Below are positions 20,223 through 29,256 of a stretch of DNA of 64,000 nt, piece after piece; position 1 is the first letter of the stretch, and the number at the start of each line of letters is the position of its first letter. Location: positions 8,853 through 72,852 of IMG/VR virus record IMGVR_UViG_3300037400_003271; one strand, 5' to 3'. The position numbers were made by a program, and so were the translations under genes. The notes beneath the pieces are model-generated. The model did not search any database, was not told the DNA's origin, and was given only the letters and a program-made list of their open reading frames with translations. Origin of the DNA: a virus (taxonomy: Duplodnaviria > Caudoviricetes).

Positions 20223-20738
20223 ATGCTTTCAGGACTTAGACAAGGTACTCCCGTGTACGTTCTATATAAGAACGAGCCGCGATTCGCGGTAGGAAAAGTC
20301 GCTCAAGTCAGCAATCAATATCCGCCGCAGTTCAATTTCCAGCAGCCAATCAACCCTAACACGATGGGGATGATGGTAGACCTCTCGATCGAGGTGGACG
20401 GGAAAACGGAGACATATCCGAGGATACCGATCAACTCGTCGATAGCGGAATTCCCCGATAAGGGCGTGATCCTCAGCGAGACCCGTGACGGCATCGTGAA
20501 CGAAATCAACGTCATTCGCAATGCCAGCCAGACGGCGATCGATCAGGTGGATCTGCACAAGCGAATCATCGAATCGTGTGACCAGCTCCTGCTTGACCTT
20601 AATCCTCAGCTCAAGCACGACCAGGAGCAGGCGGGGAAGATCGCAAGGCTGGAGGAGCAGATAGCGGGGATGAGCGAGCAGATAGCGGCTATGACGGGGC
20701 TCCTGTCTAAGTCCCTTGGAAAAAAGAAGGAGGAATAA
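20223..20738 (+). CDS. hypothetical protein (SH3-like N-terminus, coiled-coil C-terminus)
   Basis: 171-aa ORF. Confidence 0.75.
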   Translation: MLSGLRQGTPVYVLYKNEPRFAVGKVAQVSNQYPPQFNFQQPINPNTMGMMVDLSIEVDGKTETYPRIPINSSIAEFPDKGVILSETRDGIVNEINVIRNASQTAIDQVDLHKRIIESCDQLLLDLNPQLKHDQEQAGKIARLEEQIAGMSEQIAAMTGLLSKSLGKKKEE

Positions 20739-20741
20739 AAA

Positions 20742-20990
20742 ATGGGATACGCAGTTTACAACCTCAAGGGACGCAAGTCCGACGCCATGGAGTTCGAAGA
20801 GGCCGCAAGAATGGTCGAAGAAGGACTCGAGTGTATGCGCGAACTCGCCGAGGATATGAAGGAGCAGTACGGCATGCGCCGTGGCGGCTACGGAATGCGC
20901 GGCGACTATGGCCGGCGTGACGACTGGGATGAAATGGACGACATGTACGGCATGCGCCGGCGTCGTGACTCCCGCGGCCGCTATATGTAG
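20742..20990 (+). CDS. small Arg/Gly/Met-rich protein
   Basis: YGMR repeats ending RRRRDSRGRYM. Confidence 0.75.
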   Translation: MGYAVYNLKGRKSDAMEFEEAARMVEEGLECMRELAEDMKEQYGMRRGGYGMRGDYGRRDDWDEMDDMYGMRRRRDSRGRYM

Positions 20991-20998
20991 TATGACCG

Positions 20999-21020
20999 GG
21001 GCGGGGAAACCCGCCCTTTT
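20999..21020 (+). terminator. intrinsic terminator
   Basis: GGGCGGG-GAAA-CCCGCCC-TTTT. Confidence 0.7.
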
Positions 21021-21028
21021 AAAAACGA

Positions 21029-21439
21029 ATGATTATGGCAGAACGGATTGACGATTACGAACCTATGCCCAGAGGGCTTCGTGAATACCTGTCCTACAAC
21101 GGGCGCCACTTCAGCAAGCCCCTCTATGAGTGGGCCGTAAAAATGATGGAGACGAGGACTGGGGACAAGGTGCGGCCGGTTGAGAAAAGCGCGTTCGATG
21201 AAAAGATGCGGACGAACAACGTGACACTCAAGAACGACAAGGGATACGACGGCGTGTATGTGTGGTGTATGGCCACCGCGGACTATCTCGGTTCATCCAT
21301 TACGGACGAGGCGCACCTGGCCAAGTTCGTAAAAGACTACCTCGACGATCCGGACGGATCGCAGACAAGGGCGTTTGACGAGTTCTACGCGAAGACGATG
21401 GCGCTCGGGATCCCCGTTATTTGGGACGATATGCTTTAG
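21029..21439 (+). CDS. hypothetical protein
   Basis: 136-aa ORF. Confidence 0.75.
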   Translation: MIMAERIDDYEPMPRGLREYLSYNGRHFSKPLYEWAVKMMETRTGDKVRPVEKSAFDEKMRTNNVTLKNDKGYDGVYVWCMATADYLGSSITDEAHLAKFVKDYLDDPDGSQTRAFDEFYAKTMALGIPVIWDDML

Positions 21440-21442
21440 AAT

Positions 21443-21844
21443 ATGATCTCGCGAAAGGTGCACATACCAGGATGGACGATCTTGTTCCTATTCTCCTTCG
21501 ACAGGCACGATATGGAGAGTATCCGCGATGCCCTGCTCTGGGCCGAGGCTCCCGATTCTATTATAGACGATGTGTCGGAGAATGTTTATTCTGGTAGACT
21601 GAACGAGGGCTTCACGTTCAGCGAGCCCTCGCTCAGGCGTACCGTATTCGCGACGAGCGGGACCACCAGCGGTCCAGAAATGCTGAACACGATAGTTCAC
21701 GAAATAGTGCACATAGCACAGCACATCTCTGAAGAGAACGGAATCGACCCGCTATCGGAGAGGATGGCATACCTGTGCGGAGACATAGCAAGTTCGGTCA
21801 GTGACATAGTCTGCAGGCTTTCGTGCCCGCATTGCAATAAATAG
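21443..21844 (+). CDS. putative zincin-like metalloprotein
   Basis: HEIVH motif followed by Glu (SERMAY); C-terminal CPHC. Confidence 0.6.
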   Translation: MISRKVHIPGWTILFLFSFDRHDMESIRDALLWAEAPDSIIDDVSENVYSGRLNEGFTFSEPSLRRTVFATSGTTSGPEMLNTIVHEIVHIAQHISEENGIDPLSERMAYLCGDIASSVSDIVCRLSCPHCNK

Positions 21845-21873
21845 AGCGGTACCGGCAAGTTGGTTGCTCTATA

Positions 21874-21917
21874 AATCCCCGGCAGGTTTTTGCGGTTACC
21901 TCGCCGGGGATTCTTTT
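21874..21917. terminator. bidirectional terminator at the convergence of the two arms
   Basis: AATCCCCGGC-AGGT...ACCT-C-GCCGGGGATT-CTTTT between convergent genes. Confidence 0.75.
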
Positions 21918-21919
21918 CG

Positions 21920-22144
21920 TTAAATAAGGCCGAAATCGCGTGGCTCAAGCGCAAGGGTGTAGAATCTTGCCAGCGGGACCTTTAATGAGGAGCAAACGCG
22001 CTCTATTGTCTCGGTTTTGGCCTGCGTCTTACCGGCCTCGATTTTCCAAATCGACGCGGGGGTGATTCCTACCCGCTTCGCCAGATCCGGACGGGACAGG
22101 CCGTTCTCTTCCCGGATCGTCTTGATTGCTTTTCCTGTGTTCAT
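21920..22144 (-). CDS. XRE-family HTH regulator
   Basis: IKTIREENGLSRPDLAKRVGITPASIWKIEAG. Confidence 0.8.
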   Translation of the reverse strand: MNTGKAIKTIREENGLSRPDLAKRVGITPASIWKIEAGKTQAKTETIERVCSSLKVPLARFYTLALEPRDFGLI

Positions 22145-22407
22145 TTTTTGTTGGTTTGTATTTGTCCAATAATTTTTCCTTCTTCGCCCCAATGGATTCC
22201 GACAAGCGCTTGGAGAGCGCGGATGAGCCAACACGGGCGTTTGCCAACGATGAAGTACATGCCGACCCGTTCTTCCGGCGGGAGGTGCTTGATGTTCTTC
22301 CCGACGTAGTAGTAGTAGTAATTCGGCTTCGGCTTGGGCGCCGCTGCTTGCTTGGCTTTCTCTTCTTCGTAGAGCTTCGCCCATCTGCCGTTTTGTTGTT
22401 GTGTCAT
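22141..22407 (-). CDS. hypothetical protein
   Basis: ORF coupled by 4-nt overlap to downstream gene. Confidence 0.55.
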   Translation of the reverse strand: MTQQQNGRWAKLYEEEKAKQAAAPKPKPNYYYYYVGKNIKHLPPEERVGMYFIVGKRPCWLIRALQALVGIHWGEEGKIIGQIQTNKK

Positions 22408-22414
22408 TTCTTTT

Positions 22415-22732
22415 TTATTTGAGGGTTACGAATTCGATGAGGTACACGATTCCGGCCACGATGCCGGCAATAAGTCCGACGCGGAGGTCGCGGAGGAGTA
22501 GACGCTTCCGTGGCGTGAGCTTCTTCCGATTGCTGGCGCGCCGCTCCTTTCGGCTTGCGCGCAGGAGGCGATTGGGGTAGTCCTTACCTCGCGGGCAGGC
22601 CGGGAGGGTGGAGATTGGATCACCCCCTCCGAAGGGCTCGGGGAAGGTGCAAATCGGCGTCCCGGATTCATCGGCATCGCGCCAGCAGCAGCCGCAGCCG
22701 GCGCAGTATTTCTTGATGAATTTCTCTTTCAT
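22415..22732 (-). CDS. hypothetical protein, Cys-rich N-terminus, C-terminal TM
   Basis: CAGCGCC...C...C; hydrophobic C-terminus. Confidence 0.6.
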   Translation of the reverse strand: MKEKFIKKYCAGCGCCWRDADESGTPICTFPEPFGGGDPISTLPACPRGKDYPNRLLRASRKERRASNRKKLTPRKRLLLRDLRVGLIAGIVAGIVYLIEFVTLK

Positions 22733-23001
22733 TTCTTGATGGTGTTAAGTTTGTCGATGGATGGAAGCCCGAGGAGGCGGAGGGCCTGGTCGGCCTTGCA
22801 CTTGGTGGTCACTCCCTTTAGAATAAGATAGCTGAAATCGTGGTAAATTTCGAGCGTTTCGGTGTCAGGCCGATATTCCACATAATCGTATCTTCCGTGT
22901 CCGTTGTCGTCCGTGACAACAAACCTAAAGAAAGTGATGGGAGGGATAATCTCGTTCCCTTTCTCGAATCCCCATTTGAGTAGGTCTTTCTCTGTAATCA
23001 T
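22729..23001 (-). CDS. hypothetical protein
   Basis: tightly packed ORF. Confidence 0.6.
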   Translation of the reverse strand: MITEKDLLKWGFEKGNEIIPPITFFRFVVTDDNGHGRYDYVEYRPDTETLEIYHDFSYLILKGVTTKCKADQALRLLGLPSIDKLNTIKK

Positions 23002-23002
23002 A

Positions 23003-23191
23003 CTATTCCTCCACTTTTTCTAATTTAATTCTGCCAACAGGTTTGGTTGCGGCTTCCAACAAGAAATACACTTTGCGTTGCGCATACTTCTTCGCGCCGT
23101 CCTCTCCGGTGTTTAAGTACGCTCTTTCAAGCTGTTCGTCCGTAACTTCGTATGTACGCTTAATGTCAATCGTAACTCTGTACTTTGCCAT
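23003..23191 (-). CDS. hypothetical protein
   Basis: tightly packed ORF. Confidence 0.6.
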   Translation of the reverse strand: MAKYRVTIDIKRTYEVTDEQLERAYLNTGEDGAKKYAQRKVYFLLEAATKPVGRIKLEKVEE

Positions 23192-23193
23192 AG

Positions 23194-23481
23194 CTATTCC
23201 TCCACATTAGGTTCGATGAACTCGATGTCCATATATTCGCACATATCCTCAAAGGAACCGAAGCGCTTTGACCCCGGGAAATAGGCGCAAAATTCAGCGC
23301 CGTAACACCAGAAAGCATATCTGCCGTACTCATTCTTTTCTCCCCTACAAATCTCTCGGTACGGCTCGTTCTTGGCAACGTTCCACCCATTATTAACGAT
23401 GCACACAACTGGGCCTCCCTTATCCAGCAGCTCCTTGAGCCGCTTGTAGTCCTTTGATGTCTTGTAGTTCAGCTTGCTCAT
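23194..23481 (-). CDS. hypothetical protein
   Basis: MSKLNYK start in ATGA overlap with upstream stop. Confidence 0.6.
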   Translation of the reverse strand: MSKLNYKTSKDYKRLKELLDKGGPVVCIVNNGWNVAKNEPYREICRGEKNEYGRYAFWCYGAEFCAYFPGSKRFGSFEDMCEYMDIEFIEPNVEE

Positions 23482-24260
23482 ACTCTCTTGATTTTGAAAA
23501 TGTCGATAGGTGTCTGCGGCGGCATCCCAAGATAGTCCGTAATGCTTTTCTTGAGGTAGTAGGGCTTGTTTCTGCAATAGAGCAAGGACGCAATCCGCTC
23601 AACCTCGTTCCTATTATACTCCGACAGGCTTTTGCCGCTCATAAGGCCGACCTTAATCAAGTCGCAGTAGTCATTGATGAGATGGATGATCTCCGCAGTC
23701 TTCAGAGGATCGACCACCGGCTCCAAGGAGGCGAAAGTTCGATAGCCGTACTGGTGGAGGGTTCTCATCGTCTCGCACCTTTCCGCGTTAGTGGATGCCC
23801 CCGGCTCCAGATCGTCGCGGCCCGTGAGGGTAAACCCGAAAGCCAGATCATCCCGATAGCACCAACAATGGGTGAGCAAGGTGTCGAACACCTTGATGAA
23901 GTCCGCGTTTTTCGTGAGTACCTGGCATTTCACACCTCGCGTAAGAGCAAGGGTGATACACTCCCAGTTCAGCTCGCGCGTTTCCGGAATCATCGGGTCG
24001 CTGGAGAAGGTGAAGAACAGGCTTGACTTCTGCAATTCGGTGAGGTTCTTGTCAAGCTCCTTTACGAACACATTGAAGGCATCCTCCGGATCGCTGAAGC
24101 ACTTCTTCAAGGTGGGCACCGGCCCGCCCATCGCGTGAGAGAGAAGTCCCCTCTTGCAGTAGCAGTAGGAGCAGTTGTTGCTGCACCCGACATAGAGGTT
24201 ACACGCCCATTCTGCGTATTCCCCCGCCTTGCCTTTCGGCTTGTAGATTGCTTTACTCAT
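23478..24260 (-). CDS. radical SAM protein (SplB-like)
   Basis: NLYVGCSNNCSYCYC (CxxxCxxC), FSSDP, LTK, GFTLTG, LEPG/SLEP motifs. Confidence 0.8.
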   Translation of the reverse strand: MSKAIYKPKGKAGEYAEWACNLYVGCSNNCSYCYCKRGLLSHAMGGPVPTLKKCFSDPEDAFNVFVKELDKNLTELQKSSLFFTFSSDPMIPETRELNWECITLALTRGVKCQVLTKNADFIKVFDTLLTHCWCYRDDLAFGFTLTGRDDLEPGASTNAERCETMRTLHQYGYRTFASLEPVVDPLKTAEIIHLINDYCDLIKVGLMSGKSLSEYNRNEVERIASLLYCRNKPYYLKKSITDYLGMPPQTPIDIFKIKRV

Positions 24261-24261
24261 A

Positions 24262-24630
24262 CTATTTATCGTTTGATTCCCAAATATGTGCGACCGGCTT
24301 TTCTACGAATTGCTCGCAGGCATCCGACTCCGGGAAGATGTAGTTGGTCGGAGAGGCGCAACACCCTTTCGGTGCTTTGTAAAAGCGGCAGCCCACACAC
24401 TTCTTGCCTTCGACTTGCTCCCAGCGCTCCATCGCATCGTGCAGATAGATGAGCGCCCGTTTCACGAAGGCCGGGACTTCCTGCCCGCCGGAGTTCCCTA
24501 CCCCAACGCGGACAGATTCGAGGAACACGCCCTTTCCAGGGCAGTCGAAGCCGAGGTGGATGTCACCATCGTTTCCTCGGATGATGCGGAACTTGTTGCC
24601 GTTCCCATCGAGAGAGATAAGCTCTTTCAT
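24262..24630 (-). CDS. hypothetical protein
   Basis: ORF with C-terminal Cys cluster. Confidence 0.6.
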   Translation of the reverse strand: MKELISLDGNGNKFRIIRGNDGDIHLGFDCPGKGVFLESVRVGVGNSGGQEVPAFVKRALIYLHDAMERWEQVEGKKCVGCRFYKAPKGCCASPTNYIFPESDACEQFVEKPVAHIWESNDK

Positions 24631-24953
24631 TTCTTGTCCTCCATTTCTTTAGGTAATCCGCCTTTGCCGGAATATGTGACGTGAGACCTCTCCAACTCGT
24701 CCTCCTTGTATCTTGCATCCCGTTCGTACTTGCAGTCCTCGAACTTCTCGAACTCGGTCGCAAGCTCGTTCAGCAAAGACCAGATGCGCCGGGGAATATC
24801 GTGGCCGGAGCCACAGCCTCCGACGCGAACTCCAAGCAAGTGGTTCTCTCGGTGCGTTTCTCCATCGTGGATGATGGTCACTTGTATATCTCCGTCGGGC
24901 TGACGGAAGATGCTCAACCTGTCTCGGTTGTCATTAAGGCTCCTGATTGTCAT
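24627..24953 (-). CDS. hypothetical protein, related to downstream gene
   Basis: shares DGDI...VRVG..GSG..P motif with 24262..24630. Confidence 0.6.
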   Translation of the reverse strand: MTIRSLNDNRDRLSIFRQPDGDIQVTIIHDGETHRENHLLGVRVGGCGSGHDIPRRIWSLLNELATEFEKFEDCKYERDARYKEDELERSHVTYSGKGGLPKEMEDKK

Positions 24954-25222
24954 TTCTCGTCCTCCTTCGGAAAAACCTTTTCAGCATCAATGTCGAAGTA
25001 TTCGCAGACCTCCTCAAAAGGGCAGAGTGCTACAGAGCCGTCGGGCTGCAGGCGGGTTTCGCACGGAAGTACGCCACAATCGAAAGCAGCATATAGCATA
25101 TCGCAAAACTCTCTTAAATCATAATGCGACACGAAAAGAATTAGGTGAACGCCATCATCCTCAATCCATCGCCACTCACATTCTTTCTCCTTGATAAACT
25201 TGTATAAATCTAATTCGGTCAT
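24950..25222 (-). CDS. hypothetical protein
   Basis: ORF coupled by overlap. Confidence 0.6.
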   Translation of the reverse strand: MTELDLYKFIKEKECEWRWIEDDGVHLILFVSHYDLREFCDMLYAAFDCGVLPCETRLQPDGSVALCPFEEVCEYFDIDAEKVFPKEDEK

Positions 25223-25386
25223 TTCTTGTCCTCCTTATACCCGTCCGGTATGTGAAACAACCCGACGCTAATACCACCATTGAGGTATTCGATAACCTCG
25301 TTCAACTTGTCCCTTAACGTGGCCTCGTGACAAAACGGCGTTTCGGGGATCGGCTTGATGTATTCTTTAATGTACTCTTTTGCCAT
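25219..25386 (-). CDS. small hypothetical protein (55 aa)
   Basis: MAKEYIKEYI...; fills gap with ATGA coupling. Confidence 0.5.
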   Translation of the reverse strand: MAKEYIKEYIKPIPETPFCHEATLRDKLNEVIEYLNGGISVGLFHIPDGYKEDKK

Positions 25387-25387
25387 A

Positions 25388-25720
25388 CTATTCAGCTTTG
25401 TTTCTCCGCCGTGCCGGATTGTAGTTACAATGTTCGATCAGCTCTTTGTAGCGCTCAATCTGGGCGGCTTTGATCTCGTCCCAACATTGTTCGCTGCCGT
25501 CGTACACGAACCACTTCTCTGGATTGTGAGGTTTGTTGCTGTCGAACTTTTCGTTGTAGTACCTCACCGGCTCCTTGAACTCGTTGATGAAGATGGAGTA
25601 ATTATCGTTGTGCGGCAGGGGGCACAGATACTCCAGGATGGTGGGGCTGACGGTGGCTCGGTCAATCGACCAGATCATATCGCCCGGTTTCAGTTCGGAA
25701 ATGCTGTTGATTCTTTTCAT
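25388..25720 (-). CDS. hypothetical protein
   Basis: tightly packed ORF. Confidence 0.6.
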   Translation of the reverse strand: MKRINSISELKPGDMIWSIDRATVSPTILEYLCPLPHNDNYSIFINEFKEPVRYYNEKFDSNKPHNPEKWFVYDGSEQCWDEIKAAQIERYKELIEHCNYNPARRRNKAE

Positions 25721-25721
25721 A

Positions 25722-26186
25722 CTACTTCTCCTTTTTGATGATGATTGCCTTGTACTCTCCCCGAGGTAGATGCTGGATATGCTCGTCCGTGGGGTTGATG
25801 TGGAGGATGTGCTGCTTGGTGTAGCGATTTATTGTGATGTCCGTGTCGATCTCCACCGCATCCTTCATCAGCCGCTCGCGCTCGGCGAGCATTCCTTCTA
25901 TGAAAGACTCTCGTTTTGTTTGATTTCTATCTATCATCAACCGCGGATGATGTACGTCCCCTAACATATCGACAGGATATGCTTTGTGTGCCGCTTCCTG
26001 GACGTCGGAGGGGACAAGGATGGGGTTCTCTTCCGCAGGGAGAGAGTCGATGAATTTTTTGAGGTCGGTAAGCTCTGTGACGCGGCTTTGGCAATCACCC
26101 GCGTCACCCTCGTACTTGATCCCGGCCTGCCACGATTTTATCCGCCGTTCCACCTCGGCGCGTATCTGTTCTACTTGGTTGCTCAT
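25722..26186 (-). CDS. hypothetical protein
   Basis: tightly packed ORF. Confidence 0.6.
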   Translation of the reverse strand: MSNQVEQIRAEVERRIKSWQAGIKYEGDAGDCQSRVTELTDLKKFIDSLPAEENPILVPSDVQEAAHKAYPVDMLGDVHHPRLMIDRNQTKRESFIEGMLAERERLMKDAVEIDTDITINRYTKQHILHINPTDEHIQHLPRGEYKAIIIKKEK

Positions 26187-26214
26187 ATCTTACTACATAT
26201 TTTTTGCATTAACA

Positions 26215-26646
26215 TCAGCCTTCTTTGACAGAAATCCCGTCCAGGGTGATCTCTTTCTCGATTCCGCAGATGGTGAGGAATTGCTGGAGCCGGTGGATAG
26301 AGCTGACATCCGCCGCGATATTCTGGCCGCAGACAATCTTCCCATCACGAATAGTCAGCCCGAATTGCTCCCAGCCGTCGATAAACGGAATATCGTTGTA
26401 TCGCCAGCCGTTCTTCTCTAAAACTTCCGAGGTGGTGGGGATCGGAGACAGGTAGTCACACCAAATTCCGCCAGATGCCGACCTGTCATTCACATCCACG
26501 CAACGCGCGGAGCCGACAAGACCTTTTTCCGGGAATTTGTTGGCAGAATCTACTTCTACTACCCTCACGATAGTCCCCTTCGGGATGCACAGACCACTCT
26601 TGTTTACCATCACAAGGTTTCCGGTCATTAACTCACTTGCTTTCAT
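26215..26646 (-). CDS. hypothetical protein
   Basis: MKASELMTGNLV start overlapping upstream stop. Confidence 0.6.
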   Translation of the reverse strand: MKASELMTGNLVMVNKSGLCIPKGTIVRVVEVDSANKFPEKGLVGSARCVDVNDRSASGGIWCDYLSPIPTTSEVLEKNGWRYNDIPFIDGWEQFGLTIRDGKIVCGQNIAADVSSIHRLQQFLTICGIEKEITLDGISVKEG

Positions 26647-26807
26647 AGCACGATAAACATTACGATTACGATGATAGCGGCCACGCCGCAGACGATCCAC
26701 CGGGTAGTCCTTTCCCGGCTCATATAGACTGGGCAAACTCCGCTGAACAGCGGGCAGAAGCCCTTGTAGCCCGCGCACTTCGCGCACATAGGAGGTAAGT
26801 GTCTCAT
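26643..26807 (-). CDS. small Cys-containing membrane protein
   Basis: CAKC...C...C then hydrophobic C-terminus. Confidence 0.5.
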   Translation of the reverse strand: MRHLPPMCAKCAGYKGFCPLFSGVCPVYMSRERTTRWIVCGVAAIIVIVMFIVL

Positions 26808-27661
26808 TTTCCTTGCAGTTGTTTGATTAACTCGTCGGCATAGAGAACCGCCATACCACATATCTCTTGCGGATCAGGGTAGGCGTCAGTATCGAAATCA
26901 CACATAAGCATTTTGAGCATCGCCTCCTTCGCCGCCTCCCTACGGTATGCGGCCCAATCGGTCTCGCTCTCGTCAAGGACTTCCCAATCCGTTGCAAGGC
27001 CGGAATAGTTGTGAAGCAATCCGTCCGCGCCGATGTAAGAGATCGTCCCGTATTCCTTCGACCATCCGAAGTTGCTCACAACCTCGCCGGTCACTTTGTT
27101 CCTTGCTTTCATAGGCTGCTTGACTAATTCGAACTCATAGACAAACACCCACGGGTTGCTCTCCCAAGTTTTTCTGCCAGAGATCCGGTTGATGAGACCG
27201 ACAAAGGCGGAAAGAGGATTAGTGAAACTGCCATCAATACCGGGCACGGTGCAGTAGTCATTATCGTCAAAAATGGACTCGGCCATAACGCCCTCTCGCA
27301 GACAATCCTCGTCGGAGATGTCTTGCAGCCGCTCGACGCGGACATTGGTGATGCGGATGCGGTATGTCATAAGTTCTGCGAGGACGAACATCTTGTTAGT
27401 CCACCCCGGAGAACGCCGCAGCAGTTCCTTTCTTCTGCGATTGATACGAGGATTCGGGTCTTTCAAGGTTTCCGCATAGCTCCGCGCCACGGCCACCACC
27501 TCGCCGACCTTGTAGCGGGATTCCATCACCGCGATGCCGGGGAGATGCCCTTTGATATACTTCACCAGATTCTCCGGAACGAGCCGCCGCGCCATAGTCT
27601 TGCGGCCCTCCAGGACGGCTTGCGTCAGGCCGAAACGATCCGAAAACATTATCTTCTGCAT
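26804..27661 (-). CDS. ASCH/PUA-like protein with additional C-terminal domain
   Basis: MFSD...AVLEGRKTMARR; RITNVRVERLQDISDEDCLREG; WESNPWVFVYEF. Confidence 0.7.
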   Translation of the reverse strand: MQKIMFSDRFGLTQAVLEGRKTMARRLVPENLVKYIKGHLPGIAVMESRYKVGEVVAVARSYAETLKDPNPRINRRRKELLRRSPGWTNKMFVLAELMTYRIRITNVRVERLQDISDEDCLREGVMAESIFDDNDYCTVPGIDGSFTNPLSAFVGLINRISGRKTWESNPWVFVYEFELVKQPMKARNKVTGEVVSNFGWSKEYGTISYIGADGLLHNYSGLATDWEVLDESETDWAAYRREAAKEAMLKMLMCDFDTDAYPDPQEICGMAVLYADELIKQLQGK

Positions 27662-27670
27662 AGTAAATTT

Positions 27671-28516
27671 TTATTTATTTCTATGATAGTCTTTACGATG
27701 TCCTCCCCATCTGTTCTCGTAGCAGGTTGTTGTGTTAAGCAGCTCCCACGAAATGTCGTGTTTAGCGCTATGGTCTTTGTGGCGAATGTCATTGTTTGTA
27801 ATTCCAAGCTCTTTCGCTGCCTTGTTCACGGATTCAAACATCTTTGTTGATCCGTCTGGAAGGAAAACCTTGACGCGAATCGTCTTTGGAATTTTATTCA
27901 ACTCAACGAGGTGCGGAACTTCACCATCGCCACCTTCATAAGTCCAGATAAAACCATACGCCTGTCGATTCTCTAATCGGCAGCATCCGGTTATTTTGCC
28001 AGACGCGGAGGCCAAGCGTTCTGTATCTTTCATATAAGCACGAGCGGCATCGGAGGCCGATCCCCACCTTGACACAAATTCTCCGTCAAGCGAGAACTGA
28101 AGCACCGGTTTCTTTAAACTTTCACAGCATCCCTTCTCCCACTTCTTCTTCATCTCGATTCTTTGTGCTGCCGCTTGTCTTTGGCGAGAGATTGGATTGT
28201 TCGAGTTCTCTTTATGCGTGCACCATCGAAGATTCTCGACACGATTATTTCGTGGGTTCCCGTCAATGTGGTCTATACATCTCTTTCCCTCCGGGTTCGG
28301 AATAAACGCCTGGGCCACGAGTTGATGGGTGCGCACATATTTTATGGTCTTATTCCTCACAAGAATTAGATCATAATATCCATTCTTGTTTATTCGTTGA
28401 AAGACATTATGGGTCTTGTACCCGCCGCGCCAACGAAGCGAACGAACATTACCAATGTTGCTAACTTCATACAAACCCTCATAACCGACAACCGGCTTCC
28501 AGATTTCGTTCTCCAT
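27671..28516 (-). CDS. NUMOD4-HNH-NUMOD1 homing endonuclease
   Basis: EIWKPVVGYEGLYEVSN; IDHIDGNPRNNRVENLRW; KPVLQFSLDGEFVSRW. Confidence 0.9.
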   Translation of the reverse strand: MENEIWKPVVGYEGLYEVSNIGNVRSLRWRGGYKTHNVFQRINKNGYYDLILVRNKTIKYVRTHQLVAQAFIPNPEGKRCIDHIDGNPRNNRVENLRWCTHKENSNNPISRQRQAAAQRIEMKKKWEKGCCESLKKPVLQFSLDGEFVSRWGSASDAARAYMKDTERLASASGKITGCCRLENRQAYGFIWTYEGGDGEVPHLVELNKIPKTIRVKVFLPDGSTKMFESVNKAAKELGITNNDIRHKDHSAKHDISWELLNTTTCYENRWGGHRKDYHRNK

Positions 28517-29033
28517 ACTCGATCAATAATTTCCTTGCGTTCTCGTATCTACGAATGACCTGCATATTCCGAAGAATCTCCTTCTCATAACCAGCGCCTG
28601 CTCCGGGGTTATGGTGTTTGATCGCTTCGTGAATGTCCTTGTTTTGATTGTATCTCCCCTGGACGATAGCAAACATCTCGATACTCTTTCGGATGTCAAA
28701 AGCATCATCGTGGGTATAGTTGCGCCCAGACAATCGGTTCGCCTCACGCATATACGGAAGGGTGATTTGATACACGCCCCGATCGTTTGCGCTGCCAACC
28801 GCATTTGGGTTAAATCGAGATTCTTTGAACATGATGGCGAGTTGGAGTACATCCCACTCGGTCAGCTCTCCCTTGTGCAGATTGCGCAGGAGCTGGACGG
28901 CTGAATACTTCGGGGCTTCGGTTTTCGGTGTTTCCTCGCGGTGTTTGCTCGCATAGATGATCCCGACGATGCACCCGGCGATGATGGCCAGGGCGATGAT
29001 CACGCCGACGGTGTTGTGTCTCTTGTCTTGCAT
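28479..29033 (-). CDS. membrane-anchored SLT-family lytic transglycosylase
   Basis: N-terminal TM; AIMFKES-RFNPNAVG..DRGVYQI; HHNPG. Confidence 0.75.
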   Translation of the reverse strand: MQDKRHNTVGVIIALAIIAGCIVGIIYASKHREETPKTEAPKYSAVQLLRNLHKGELTEWDVLQLAIMFKESRFNPNAVGSANDRGVYQITLPYMREANRLSGRNYTHDDAFDIRKSIEMFAIVQGRYNQNKDIHEAIKHHNPGAGAGYEKEILRNMQVIRRYENARKLLIEYGERNLEAGCRL

Positions 29034-29058
29034 ATCTCTTTTGGTTTTTAGTTTCTGT

Positions 29059-29247
29059 AAAAAAGGGAGCCGCAGGGCTTTGGGGAAACTTGTTTAACGC
29101 TTTATTCTGTCCGAAATGAAATGTAGTAGTGCATGGGCCTCGCGGCCAACTCCTTACGGCTCCCTATGTTTGATCGGCTGGGTTGCAGAGCAGAGCCAGC
29201 ACCTCCCCGCGTCACCATCCTTAACCACTAAACCCGATGGGCCGGGG
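29059..29247 (-). ncRNA. candidate structured RNA/leader ending in terminator
   Basis: multiple nested hairpins, GCGA tetraloop, 13-bp closing stem and U6 tract on minus strand. Confidence 0.45.
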
Positions 29248-29256
29248 CGTTGCATC

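Noticed and set aside
22308-22322. Trinucleotide run encoding YYYYY
   Set aside because: Short in-frame triplet repeat; not a phase-variation tract.
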